In this document: positions 25,467-34,364 of the stretch, one piece after another
How positions within the stretch are numbered: the stretch's first letter is position 1
Layout of the letters: every line of letters starts with the position of its first letter
IMG/VR virus record: IMGVR_UViG_3300038393_001395
Coordinates: 1 to 46,285 of that record
DNA: 46,285 nt
Strand: one strand, 5' to 3'
Source: a virus
Lineage: Duplodnaviria > Caudoviricetes
The notes under the pieces: model-generated
What the model saw: only the letters and a program-made list of their open reading frames with translations
Told to the model about the DNA's origin: nothing
Databases searched by the model: none
Made by a program: the position numbers and the translations under genes

Positions 25467-26192
25467 CTATCTGCGCGACCTTCGCCACTGGATGGGCGGC
25501 GGCGGCCTCTCTTCCTTGCGGAAGCTCCCCACGACCACGAACGCGATCTCGGGCCGGTCCTGGTCGTCCGGCGAGTTCACGTCGAGGTAGATGCGGTCCT
25601 GATGATCGGGGTGGTTCGAGCGGGGGAGGAGGGCGACGCGGCCCCCTTCCTCGACAGCGACTTCCTTGATGGTCGCCTCGCGCAGCTCGCCTTGCGAGCG
25701 GTACACCACCACCCTATCGCCGGGCCGCACGTCGGTGTCCTGCGCGTCGGCCACGATGACGAACGTGCCGTCCGGGTAAAGCTGGTCCACGGATGGCCCC
25801 AGCACCTTGAGCGCCCGGAGGCGAATGCCTTCGTAACCCTGGAGGGCAACGGGGATCTGGTAGCGATCCTCCTCGGGATACTCCAACGCCAATTTGAACG
25901 CGCCCCCCTGCACTTCACCGACGACATCGATGCCTCTGATTGTGGCGGAGGTATGTACGACGGCGGACGGTGTTGGGCGCCCAAGCTGGGTGTCCTCCAA
26001 CGACTCCTCTGGAATTCCAAGGGCGCGGGCCAGCTGCGGCTTGTAGTCACGCCATGATTGCAGGGTGTCGCGTTCCCAGTCGGAAACGACGGACTGGGTC
26101 ACGCCTAGGCGCTCACCGAGAGCCCCTTGCGTCAGGTGCGCGCGTTTTCGCGCGGCCTTGATTCTGCCCCCCGGCGTCATGGCCGCGAGCAT
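25467..26192 (-). CDS. cI: CI-like repressor (XRE HTH plus S24 peptidase); start 26192 or 26180
   Basis: RIKAARKRAHLTQ..LG..LGVTQS.VS.WE; GEVQGG cleavage region; GPSV (Ser) and ATIK (Lys). Confidence 0.9.
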   Translation of the reverse strand: MLAAMTPGGRIKAARKRAHLTQGALGERLGVTQSVVSDWERDTLQSWRDYKPQLARALGIPEESLEDTQLGRPTPSAVVHTSATIRGIDVVGEVQGGAFKLALEYPEEDRYQIPVALQGYEGIRLRALKVLGPSVDQLYPDGTFVIVADAQDTDVRPGDRVVVYRSQGELREATIKEVAVEEGGRVALLPRSNHPDHQDRIYLDVNSPDDQDRPEIAFVVVGSFRKEERPPPPIQWRRSRR

Positions 26193-26222
26193 CGTCAATT
26201 CCCATGGGGGCGCATCCGATAA

Positions 26223-26258
26223 ATCGGAGCTTGCGATTATCGGTTCATCCGATAATAT
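26223..26258 (+). promoter_or_regulatory. OR operators (26223-26237, 26239-26253) and PR
   Basis: ATCGGAGCTTGCGAT and ATCGGTTCATCCGAT match the OL consensus; TTGCGA-16nt-TAATAT. Confidence 0.75.
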
Positions 26259-26265
26259 CGAGTCT

Positions 26266-26511
26266 ATGTCCGATACAGACGACGCCTTGAACGTCATCGT
26301 TCACCTCAAAAGCCGCTTCGGGACGCAGACCCGTCTCGCGGCGGCGGCCGGCGTCCGACAGAATACCATTACCGACAGGAAGAACGCGAACTCCCTAACG
26401 CACCAGCAGATGCGAAGCATCCTGCAGGCCGCCCCCAAGATGGGGGTCAAAGTCGATCCTTGGGACTTCTTTCCCGAGTTGAGGCGCTCGGCTCAGGAGC
26501 GCTCTCAGTGA
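26266..26511 (+). CDS. cro: Cro-like repressor
   Basis: FGTQTRLAAAAGVRQNTI HTH; divergent from cI. Confidence 0.8.
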   Translation: MSDTDDALNVIVHLKSRFGTQTRLAAAAGVRQNTITDRKNANSLTHQQMRSILQAAPKMGVKVDPWDFFPELRRSAQERSQ

Positions 26512-26645
26512 CCTTGTCGGTTCTTCCGATTTCCAATCGCCCCAGCTGCCCGCGGTCCCGACTGGTGGGCCACGGGCGGGCGGGCCCCCTGTTTTTCGGA
26601 AAAGGGCTGGGGGCCCGCCACCTATCGCGCGCCTCCACCTCCCCC

Positions 26646-26840
26646 TCAGCGCGCGGTGCGCGCGGGACGGGCCGTACGTTCCTGGTCGGCTCGTCCCGCG
26701 TCCTGCACCTCAACACGGGTCCTGAACTTCTCGGCGGCTCGCCGGCACACGTCGGCCTGGGCGCCCTGGTGGAACCCGGCTTCGAACATCAGCGCCTTGG
26801 CGGTGCGCCAGGCGTCAAGATTGAAAACAGCCGCGGCCAT
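26646..26840 (-). CDS. 64-aa antisense-oriented hypothetical protein
   Basis: GGGAGGG RBS; occupies the cro-cII gap. Confidence 0.45.
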   Translation of the reverse strand: MAAAVFNLDAWRTAKALMFEAGFHQGAQADVCRRAAEKFRTRVEVQDAGRADQERTARPARTAR

Positions 26841-26926
26841 GCCCAGGCCCTCCCGACAACCCCAACGCCGATCAACCTGAGCCGTTCCCGTAACGGCGTC
26901 ATTGGAACGCTCTAGGAGAACGAACC

Positions 26927-27376
26927 GTGACCTCGCGTGAACATGCCCGGCTCGCTCGTGAACTGATCACCGCGTGCGGCGGCCTCGACGAGTGCGCCGC
27001 CAACTGCCGCGTCAGCAAGGCGAACCTGTCCCGATACCAGAACCCGCATGAGGAGTGCTTCATGCCGGCGGACGTGATCGCGGACCTGGAGACCTACTGT
27101 GGCCGGCCGATCTACTCGGCGGCCCTGTTCGACCGGTTCGAGCAGCCCAGGGCCGAGGCGTCCGACCTCCGCGAGGCCGTGTTCACCCTGACGGAGGAGT
27201 CCGCCGACCTGCAGCGGGTCGCCCGCGAGGTGCTGGCCGATGGCCGGATCACCCCGCGCGAGCTCGACCGCCTGGCCGAGGAAGAGCGGCAGGCCGAAGC
27301 CGCCCTGCAGAAGGTCCGCGCCGCCCGTCAGGCTGCGGAAGCCGCCCAACAACGACCGGCCCTCAAGGCCGTCTGA
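26927..27376 (+). CDS. CII-like regulator
   Basis: L...CGG.......RVS...LSRY...MPADVIADLE; LADGRITP.E; AGGAG RBS; position after cro. Confidence 0.7.
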   Translation: MTSREHARLARELITACGGLDECAANCRVSKANLSRYQNPHEECFMPADVIADLETYCGRPIYSAALFDRFEQPRAEASDLREAVFTLTEESADLQRVAREVLADGRITPRELDRLAEEERQAEAALQKVRAARQAAEAAQQRPALKAV

Positions 27377-27490
27377 CTACCCGCTGTCAGCCCCGCCGAC
27401 AGAGCAGGGGCGCCGGCAACATCGAGAGTTTAGGCGCGGAGGCTTGCGGCGCCGTTCGGAACGGCAGGCCACATAGGGGGAGAGGGCAAA

Positions 27491-27901
27491 GTGGCCCGTT
27501 CCATGAACTACGTCCCGAGCGACCGTGCCCTGCTGCATGGTGCGTTCGCCGTTTCCGCCGTGCCCATGGTGCTGATCGGCGGTTCCATGCTCGCCATCGG
27601 AGACACGGGTCCCGCCGTGTGGATGGGGGTGAGCCTGCTCGCCACGGCCGGGTGCTGGCGCTGGGCCTTGGCGGCCTTCGCGCCCAAGCGCCCGGACCTC
27701 GCCGCCCTGCGCGCCGCCGACCCGCGCTCGGACGAGGAGATCCTGGCCGGGGACGAGGTGTTCCAGCAGCTCAAGAAGCAGGTCGAAGCCGCTCGCCGGC
27801 GCAAGCAGCGGTACGCGCACCTGGAAGCGCGGTTGACCGCCTATCGTGCCCGGACCCTGCAGCGCGCCCGGGCCTTCCGTCTGACGGAGGGCTGGGCGTG
27901 A
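27491..27901 (+). CDS. 2-TM membrane protein with basic C-terminal coil
   Basis: Hydrophobic N-terminal half. Confidence 0.55.
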   Translation: MARSMNYVPSDRALLHGAFAVSAVPMVLIGGSMLAIGDTGPAVWMGVSLLATAGCWRWALAAFAPKRPDLAALRAADPRSDEEILAGDEVFQQLKKQVEAARRRKQRYAHLEARLTAYRARTLQRARAFRLTEGWA

Positions 27902-28617
27902 GCTGGACCCCGCAAATCGAGAAGGTCGCGCGCGAGCTGTGGCTGTTAAACCAGAGCGCCGGGACTGTGGCGCAGACGCTGAACGCCCGCTTCAACACCC
28001 GCTTCACACGTAATTCGGTGATCGGGAAGGCGTGGCGGCGGGGCTGGTCGGTGGACCGCAACGATGACGCGCCGCAGTTCGGCGGGGCGCAGAACGACGT
28101 GTGGACCGCCGACAAGGTGGCGGTCCTGCGCCGCCTGATCGACGCGGACGTGCCCTATGTGCAGATCGCCGAGGCGCTAGGCGCGGGCTTCAGCGCCGGG
28201 TCCGTTTCCGGCAAGGTCAAGAGGCTGGGGTGGTCCTCGCCGCGTGGCTCGATGGAACACGGCGTCAAGCAGGCCCGCAACGCGGCCGCGGCTCGTCGCG
28301 CGCAAGCGTGGCGCGTCGAAAACCGCCCGTCCCGCGCCCCCGCCGAACCGAAGCGTCCGCCCATGTTGATTCCATCGCCTGGGGATGCGCGCGCCCTCGC
28401 CGACCTGAAGCGCGGACAATGTCGATGGCCGCTAGACCTCAGCGTGACCGTCGAGGCCGACGCCACCACCCTCTTTTGCGGCGCCCACGCCCACGACCAT
28501 GAGGAGGCCGAGCGGCCCTACTGCCCCTACCACACCAAGCGCGCGTCCTCGGCTGGGATGGGGCGCAAGCCCGCGACGGTCAAGGACCTGGTCCGCGGCC
28601 TTCGGAGGTTCGCGTGA
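27898..28617 (+). CDS. gcrA: GcrA-like cell-cycle regulator, 239 aa, duplicated N-terminal domain
   Basis: SWT...LW....SA..A..L...TRNSVIGK; a second WT...L..L...IAEALG...SV.GK.KRLG; C-terminal L.DL....CRWP...FCG...PYC..H. Confidence 0.85.
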   Translation: MSWTPQIEKVARELWLLNQSAGTVAQTLNARFNTRFTRNSVIGKAWRRGWSVDRNDDAPQFGGAQNDVWTADKVAVLRRLIDADVPYVQIAEALGAGFSAGSVSGKVKRLGWSSPRGSMEHGVKQARNAAAARRAQAWRVENRPSRAPAEPKRPPMLIPSPGDARALADLKRGQCRWPLDLSVTVEADATTLFCGAHAHDHEEAERPYCPYHTKRASSAGMGRKPATVKDLVRGLRRFA

Positions 28618-28865
28618 CCGTCTCTGTCCAGCGTGCCAGCCCCAGGGCCAAGTCCCCCGTTCACGCCACCATCACCGACCAGGCCTGGAAGGCCATGGCC
28701 GACACGGTCCTGGGCCAGCCCACGGTCGAGCTCCGAAAGTTCTGCGCCCAGGAAATGACCCGGGCCGTGGTCGCCTGCCTCTCCGTCACCCATGGGCATG
28801 AAGAAGCCCTGGCCCTGCTCGGGGCCACGGTGGGGCGGATGCAACGGCAGGTGGGGAGGAAGTGA
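28614..28865 (+). CDS. Hypothetical protein
   Basis: Coupled ORF. Confidence 0.55.
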   Translation: MTVSVQRASPRAKSPVHATITDQAWKAMADTVLGQPTVELRKFCAQEMTRAVVACLSVTHGHEEALALLGATVGRMQRQVGRK

Positions 28866-29842
28866 TGCGGGTCGAGACCATCGGCGACTGCACGCTCTAC
28901 CTCGGGGACTGTCGGGAACTGCTTCCGACATTCGAGGGCATCGACGCCGTTTGCACCGATCCGCCGTATGGCGTTCGAGACGATGCGTGGGACGACATGA
29001 GCGAACGCGAGTTCGCCCGGTTCAGCATGGCATGGCTCGCCGAGGCCGCCCGCATCGCCCCGGAAGCGGTGATCTTCGGCTACCTCGACAGCGCCGTACA
29101 TCGGCTCTGCCAGATGATCTATCCGAGGGTGCGGCCGATGATCTGGGCCAAGCCTCCCGGCTCGCAGCTTTCCGGCGCATCCGAGCGCAAGCGGTGGTTC
29201 GCGTTCGAGGCGGTGTTCCACTGCCACCAGGGCGAGACTTGGAGCGTGGTTGAGGCGCGCGATGTCGATGTCGCCCGGCTCGTCAAGGCGGCGCGTGATC
29301 GGAAGGGCCTGACCCGAGGCGCGGTAGAGGTCTTGCTTCGCGGCAAGAAGACCGGCCTCTGCTACCGATGGGAGGAGGGCTCCAGCCTGCCCGGTCCCGA
29401 GGACGCCGCAGGCCTTCGCCGAGTTCTGGGCCTCGGAGACGAGTTCGACGCCGCGCTGCGGGCCGCGCTAGACGCCAAGGCCGAGACCGTCTCAGCAGCG
29501 CGCGAGCAGGCGTCCAAGAACGCTGCGGCTCGCTCGGACGTGCTGAGCTACCGCACCGTAACGGCGGGCCGTCACCCGTGCGAAAAGCCCATTGGTCTCA
29601 TGGATGACTTGATCGAAACGACCGGCGACCGCTGGCGTTCGGTGCTGGACCCGTTCCTCGGTTCCGGCTCGACCGGCGTGGCGTGCACTCGCCTCGGGCG
29701 CCGCTTCGTCGGCATCGAACAGGACCCGACCTACTTCGACATCGCCTGCAAGCGGATCGAGGAAGCCTACGCCCAGCCCCGCCTGTTCGACGAGCCCGCC
29801 CCCAAGCCGGTGCAACCCAAGCTGTTCGGGGACGCCGCATGA
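28865..29842 (+). CDS. Beta-class N6-A/N4-C DNA methyltransferase with internal XRE-HTH
   Basis: GDC, TDPPY, HPCEKP and VLDPFLGSGSTG; inserted VKAARDRKGLT...YRWEEG.SLP. Confidence 0.88.
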   Translation: MRVETIGDCTLYLGDCRELLPTFEGIDAVCTDPPYGVRDDAWDDMSEREFARFSMAWLAEAARIAPEAVIFGYLDSAVHRLCQMIYPRVRPMIWAKPPGSQLSGASERKRWFAFEAVFHCHQGETWSVVEARDVDVARLVKAARDRKGLTRGAVEVLLRGKKTGLCYRWEEGSSLPGPEDAAGLRRVLGLGDEFDAALRAALDAKAETVSAAREQASKNAAARSDVLSYRTVTAGRHPCEKPIGLMDDLIETTGDRWRSVLDPFLGSGSTGVACTRLGRRFVGIEQDPTYFDIACKRIEEAYAQPRLFDEPAPKPVQPKLFGDAA

Positions 29843-31335
29843 CCGTCGCCCTCGTCAAAGCCCACGGCCTCAACGAGCCCGCCTCGGCCCTGCCCCACAA
29901 CCTGGAAGCCGAACACGGCCTGATCGGCTGCGTCCTGTTCGACAACGGGGCGTTCGAGCGTATCCCGGACAGCTTCCGTGCCGAGCACTTCCATGAGCCG
30001 CTGCACGGCGCGATCTGGGAGGCGATCACGGCCCTGGTGAGCGCGGGCCGGGTCGCGGACCCGGTCACCGTTCAGGACAAGGTGAAGGACCACGGCGCCT
30101 ATGAGGCGGCCGGCGGCCTGCCGTATCTGGCGGACCTGTTCGACCGTGCGCCCCCGGCGGCCAACGCCGCCGACTACGCCCGCGTCATCACCGAGCAGGC
30201 CCGACGCCGTGACCTGATCCGCATTGCGGGGGACGTGGACCACGCGGCCCGCAAGGACCACGACGCGGACGCTCGCGAGATCATCGAGCACGCCGAGGCC
30301 GAACTCTACAGCCTGGCCGAGACGGGCCAGCGCTCGGGAGGCGTCGTCACCTTCTCCCACGCCATCACCGGGGCCGTGCGGATGATCGGGGACGCCTTCG
30401 AACGGGACGGCAAGCTCGCCGGGCTGTCGACGGGCCTGATCGACGTGGACCAGAAGCTGGGCGGGCTGCACCCCTCGGACCTGCTGATCCTCGCCGGCCG
30501 CCCCTCGATGGGTAAGACCGCGCTCGCTACGAACATCGCTTTCAACGTGGCGAGCAAATACCGCTACCAGGCCCAGCCGGACGGAACCCGCAAGACCGTC
30601 GAGGGCGGGGTCGTCCTGTTCTTCTCGCTCGAGATGAGCGCCGAACAGCTCGGCATGCGGATCCTCGCCGACGTGTCGGGGGTGTCATCCGACAAGCTCC
30701 GCAAGGGCGAGATCGACATCAGGGACTACGCCACCGTCCGCGACGCGGCGATCGAGATCAACGACTCCCCCCTGTTCGTGGACGCCACCGGCGCCCTGCC
30801 GATCGCCAAGCTCTCGGCCCGCGCGCGTCGCCAGAAGCGCACCACGGGCCTCGACCTGATCGTGGTGGACTACCTGCAGCTCGTCACCACGGGCCGGCAC
30901 TCGCGCGAAAGCAACCGGGTCGCCGAGGTCTCCGAGATCACCCAGGCCCTGAAAGCCTTGGCGAAGGAACTGAACGTCCCGGTGATCGCCCTGTCGCAGC
31001 TCTCCCGCCAAGTGGAGCAGCGCGAGGACAAGCGGCCCCAGCTGTCGGACCTTCGGGAGTCCGGGTCCATCGAACAGGACGCGGACGTGGTCTGCTTCGT
31101 CTACCGGGAGGCCTACTACCTGGGCCGCGCCGAGCCGAAGCCGGGCACGGACGAGCACCTGACCTGGCAGGACGAGATGTGCGCCTGTCAGGGCCTCGCC
31201 GACCTGATCATCGGCAAGCAGCGCCACGGTCCCATCGGCACCGTGAAGCTCTCCTTCGACGAGAACACCACCAAGTTCGGCAACGTCGCCCGTGACGGGA
31301 CCTTCGCCGCGCGCAATCCGTACGGGGACGACTGA
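29839..31335 (+). CDS. dnaB: Replicative DNA helicase
   Basis: LPHNLEAE, AGRPSMGKT, FFSLEM, VDYLQL, LSDLRESGSIEQDAD, KQRHG. Confidence 0.97.
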   Translation: MTVALVKAHGLNEPASALPHNLEAEHGLIGCVLFDNGAFERIPDSFRAEHFHEPLHGAIWEAITALVSAGRVADPVTVQDKVKDHGAYEAAGGLPYLADLFDRAPPAANAADYARVITEQARRRDLIRIAGDVDHAARKDHDADAREIIEHAEAELYSLAETGQRSGGVVTFSHAITGAVRMIGDAFERDGKLAGLSTGLIDVDQKLGGLHPSDLLILAGRPSMGKTALATNIAFNVASKYRYQAQPDGTRKTVEGGVVLFFSLEMSAEQLGMRILADVSGVSSDKLRKGEIDIRDYATVRDAAIEINDSPLFVDATGALPIAKLSARARRQKRTTGLDLIVVDYLQLVTTGRHSRESNRVAEVSEITQALKALAKELNVPVIALSQLSRQVEQREDKRPQLSDLRESGSIEQDADVVCFVYREAYYLGRAEPKPGTDEHLTWQDEMCACQGLADLIIGKQRHGPIGTVKLSFDENTTKFGNVARDGTFAARNPYGDD

Positions 31336-32507
31336 TGGCCCGGCCGCTCACGCCCGAAGACTGCGACCTGCAGGACTTCCCGCGCATGATGATCGACATT
31401 CCGCGCCTGCGCGGTTCGTCGTTCGACTCCACGCTGGACGACAGCGCATGGCGGGCCGGGGTCAACCTGTGGATGGCCGCATGGCACCAGGTCCCGGCCG
31501 CGTCCCTGGAGAACGACGAAGCCCAACTGGCGAAGGCGGCGGGCCTCGGCCGGGACGTGAAGACGTGGCGCAAGGTGAAGGGCGAGGCCCTGCGCGGCTG
31601 GACCGCGTGCGACGACGGCCGGCTCTATCACCCCACGGTGGCCGAGTTCGCCCTGGAAGCCTGGATCGAGAAGCTGGGCCACCGCCTGTCGAGCGGCGCC
31701 GGCAACGCCAAGCGCTACGGCGGCACCTTCGACCCCGCCCCGACCTATGCCGAGATCACCGCCGCCGCCGACCTGCTCCGGGAGCTGAACCCGAAGTCCC
31801 GGGCGCTCTCCAAGCAGCACGTGATGAAGGCTCTAAAAGCGCCCGACGAAGGCGACGCCGGGACTGCCGGTGGAACTCCCGGTGAACCTCCCGGTGGGAG
31901 CCCCGCTGGGATCGTTCCGGGATCGCAAGGGAAAGGGACAGGGAAAGGGACAGGGAATAAGAGAGAGAAGGATGAACCTTCTCTCTCAGCGCGCGGCGCC
32001 GCCGCGAGAGAGAGCCGAGGGGCTTCGAAGGGTTCGAAGCGCAAGCCCGAAACCGCCATCCCGGACGGCTTCCCCGACACCGAAGCCCTGGCAGAGGCCC
32101 GGAGCGCGCTCGCCTCAGCCGGCGTGAGCCTCGACCCCGAGACCCTAGCCAAGCGGTTCAGGAACCACGCTCTGGCCGAGGATCGCCGGGTTCGTGACTG
32201 GTCCGCCGCCTGGCGCAATTGGGTGGACATCGAGGCCGACAGGGGCCCTAAGGCGGCCGCAAGCCCTGCCGAGGCCATGCCCGAGTTCGTGTTCGCCGGC
32301 CCCCCGGAGCTCCTCGCCGACATCGTCGCGAAGATGGGCGAGCCGTGGGCCCGGTCGTGGCTCCGCCGGTGCGAGTGGCAGGACGTGCCCCGCAAGGCCC
32401 TGATCAGCGCCAACTCGTTCGTCGTCTCGACCCTGCGACGGGAACTCGCCCGGACCCTGTCCGCCCATGGCGTGACCGTTCTTCAGGACAAGGGGCAGGC
32501 CGCATGA
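31335..32507 (+). CDS. Replication initiator (DUF1376/O-like)
   Basis: P.CDLQDF..M, W...WHQVPAASL..D...LA N-terminus; internal repeat tract; DWSAAWRNW C-terminal motif. Confidence 0.8.
   Translation: MARPLTPEDCDLQDFPRMMIDIPRLRGSSFDSTLDDSAWRAGVNLWMAAWHQVPAASLENDEAQLAKAAGLGRDVKTWRKVKGEALRGWTACDDGRLYHPTVAEFALEAWIEKLGHRLSSGAGNAKRYGGTFDPAPTYAEITAAADLLRELNPKSRALSKQHVMKALKAPDEGDAGTAGGTPGEPPGGSPAGIVPGSQGKGTGKGTGNKREKDEPSLSARGAAARESRGASKGSKRKPETAIPDGFPDTEALAEARSALASAGVSLDPETLAKRFRNHALAEDRRVRDWSAAWRNWVDIEADRGPKAAASPAEAMPEFVFAGPPELLADIVAKMGEPWARSWLRRCEWQDVPRKALISANSFVVSTLRRELARTLSAHGVTVLQDKGQAA
31860..31987 (+). repeat. Putative replication origin: 12-bp iterons, purine tract and 11-bp inverted repeat
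   Basis: GGGACTGCCGGT/GGAACTCCCGGT/GAACCTCCCGGT/GGGAGCCCCGCT; AGGGAAAGGGAC x2; GAGAGAGAAGG-ATGAA-CCTTCTCTCTC. Confidence 0.6.
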
Positions 32508-32692
32508 GCGACCTTCCCGACCGTCTGGAAGCCCTGGCCGTGAAGTTCGAGAGGGCCGCACGGACCGCGGAAGCCGAAAACGCGGCGTCCCCCGACTTCG
32601 CCCTGACCGCTCGGGCCCTGTCATGCCTGAAGGACGCAGGGACCATCAGAGAAGCCATTCAGATCATTGCTGGAAAAGGAGTTGAGGCGTGA
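32504..32692 (+). CDS. Hypothetical protein
   Basis: ATGA-coupled. Confidence 0.55.
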   Translation: MSDLPDRLEALAVKFERAARTAEAENAASPDFALTARALSCLKDAGTIREAIQIIAGKGVEA

Positions 32693-33015
32693 CGGACGCT
32701 GCTTACGAACCGGGTCGGACTTACGAGATCGGCACCTTCGCGGACTTGGTCCGGGTCCATCGCTCGCTCCCGGCCGAGCGCCGAGAGCTGCTGCTGCGTG
32801 AAGTGGTGCAGGGCGTCCAGTACGTCTCGACCTACCTCGACCTGATCGGTGCCGTGTTGGGCGGCGTCGAGGCCGAAATCCCGCCCCTGCGCTGGATCGA
32901 CGACGACAAGGGCAACGCCGACGTTCACGCCACCTTCTCGGACGGCGAGACCCTGACCCTGCAGGTCCGCCCGGACTCCGTGTCGGTGTCCGACACCACC
33001 CCCAAGAGCGCCTAA
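32689..33015 (+). CDS. Hypothetical protein
   Basis: GTGA-coupled; GAGG RBS. Confidence 0.6.
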   Translation: MTDAAYEPGRTYEIGTFADLVRVHRSLPAERRELLLREVVQGVQYVSTYLDLIGAVLGGVEAEIPPLRWIDDDKGNADVHATFSDGETLTLQVRPDSVSVSDTTPKSA

Positions 33016-33055
33016 GCGCCAAGCCCCCCGCATCATCGAAAGTCGCCCCCTCCCC

Positions 33056-33871
33056 ATGACCAAGAAAACCCGCCGCAAGGCCAAGCAGGGCCGCCCCCGC
33101 AAGGAAGGCGCCCGGTATCCCTCGGGACAGCTCAAGGCGAAGCACTCGACCGAGCCGAACCCGGTCACGCTCGCCCGCCGGCGTGAACTGCTGGGCGACC
33201 CCGACGCCACCTCGGCCGAGTGCGCCAAGGCTGAGAACCCCCTCGACCTGATGCTTGAGCGCGGATGGATCTCGACCGGGCTCTGGTCGGCGGCCCGCTG
33301 GTACCTGGGCCTGCACAAGCTCGCCAAGGTGGACCTACCCCGCGTGGGCGCCGTGGACCTGAACCGCACCTCCCGAGGCGTGGACCACAGCACCGGAGAC
33401 CCCGAGGCCATGGTCCAGCTCCGTGCGGTGTGGGACCGGCTCCGGGCCAATCCGGGCGCCGCCTCCGAGCTCTCCGACCTCGCCCTGCACGACAAGTTCC
33501 CCATGTGGGTCCTGTGGTGGGTGGAGAACCCTCCGACCATGGTGCGGACGGAGACGGATCAACTCATCCCCTGCGCCGTGCGCCACCCCTTCGGACTGCA
33601 GGCCGAGTGCAGCCCTGACGAGGAGATGCCCCCCCTCTACCGGCTGCGCCGAGAGGCCCTGTTCCGAGCCCTCCGCATGGTCCGCGAGGAGCAGATCAGC
33701 ACCAGGCCGGAGAGGGCCAAGCCCGCCCCTACCTCGGCCGAGCGAGAACGCTACGCCGGCCCCAAGGTCGAGGAGACCGTGGTCTATGCCGACGAGGAAA
33801 CCGGGGAGATCGTGCCGACCGAGTCCCAACATGGTATCCCGTTCGAGCTTGTCCGAAGGAGGCGCGCATGA
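33056..33871 (+). CDS. Putative late-gene regulator (Q-position protein)
   Basis: Basic N-terminus GRPRKEGARYPSG; PLD.MLERGWIS..L..AA; position upstream of the late operon. Confidence 0.5.
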   Translation: MTKKTRRKAKQGRPRKEGARYPSGQLKAKHSTEPNPVTLARRRELLGDPDATSAECAKAENPLDLMLERGWISTGLWSAARWYLGLHKLAKVDLPRVGAVDLNRTSRGVDHSTGDPEAMVQLRAVWDRLRANPGAASELSDLALHDKFPMWVLWWVENPPTMVRTETDQLIPCAVRHPFGLQAECSPDEEMPPLYRLRREALFRALRMVREEQISTRPERAKPAPTSAERERYAGPKVEETVVYADEETGEIVPTESQHGIPFELVRRRRA

Positions 33872-34263
33872 TGGACCGAGAGCAGGCCGAGGCGACCATC
33901 CGCGCCTATGACGCCCTGGTCGAAACGGTGTGGTCGGCGGCGTGCAGCTACTTCGACCGCAATGAACCCAGGCTCGCCGAGGACAACGCGGTTCGTGTCG
34001 AGATCGACGGCGAGAGCGTTAACGTGGCCTATCTGAACGACAGCGATTGGGACAGCCCGACGTGGACCAGCTTCGTGGTTCCGCTCTGGTATGTGCTCGC
34101 CTCGCCCGAGGCGCAGAAGGAATACCTTGCCGAGCGCAAGGCCAAGGCAAGGGCGGAAGCCGAGGCCAAGGCCCGCGCTGACCATGCCCTCACCCTTGAG
34201 CGCGAACGTCGAGAATACGAGCGCCTGAAGGCCAAGTTTGGGGCCTCCGACACCACCCCTTGA
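33868..34263 (+). CDS. Hypothetical protein
   Basis: GGAGG RBS; C-terminal YERLKAKF coil. Confidence 0.65.
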   Translation: MMDREQAEATIRAYDALVETVWSAACSYFDRNEPRLAEDNAVRVEIDGESVNVAYLNDSDWDSPTWTSFVVPLWYVLASPEAQKEYLAERKAKARAEAEAKARADHALTLERERREYERLKAKFGASDTTP

Positions 34264-34316
34264 CCCTGGCCCACAGTCAGGCTACCAAAAGTAGACGCTA
34301 CAAGTAGCGCATCCAG

Positions 34317-34346
34317 AGCCCCGGCCCCGCAAGGTCCGGGGCTTTT
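34317..34346 (+). terminator. tR'-like terminator ahead of the late operon
   Basis: AGCCCCGG...CCGGGGCT followed by TTT. Confidence 0.65.
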
Positions 34347-34364
34347 GCGTTTCGGAGACAGGCC

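Noticed and set aside
26905-26925. GAAC repeats upstream of cII as a LexA box
   Set aside because: Spacing is 9 nt, not 7.
27055-27897. 520-aa version of GcrA
   Set aside because: The extension overlaps cII and the TM gene; the GcrA motif begins at GTG 27898 with a GGAGG RBS.
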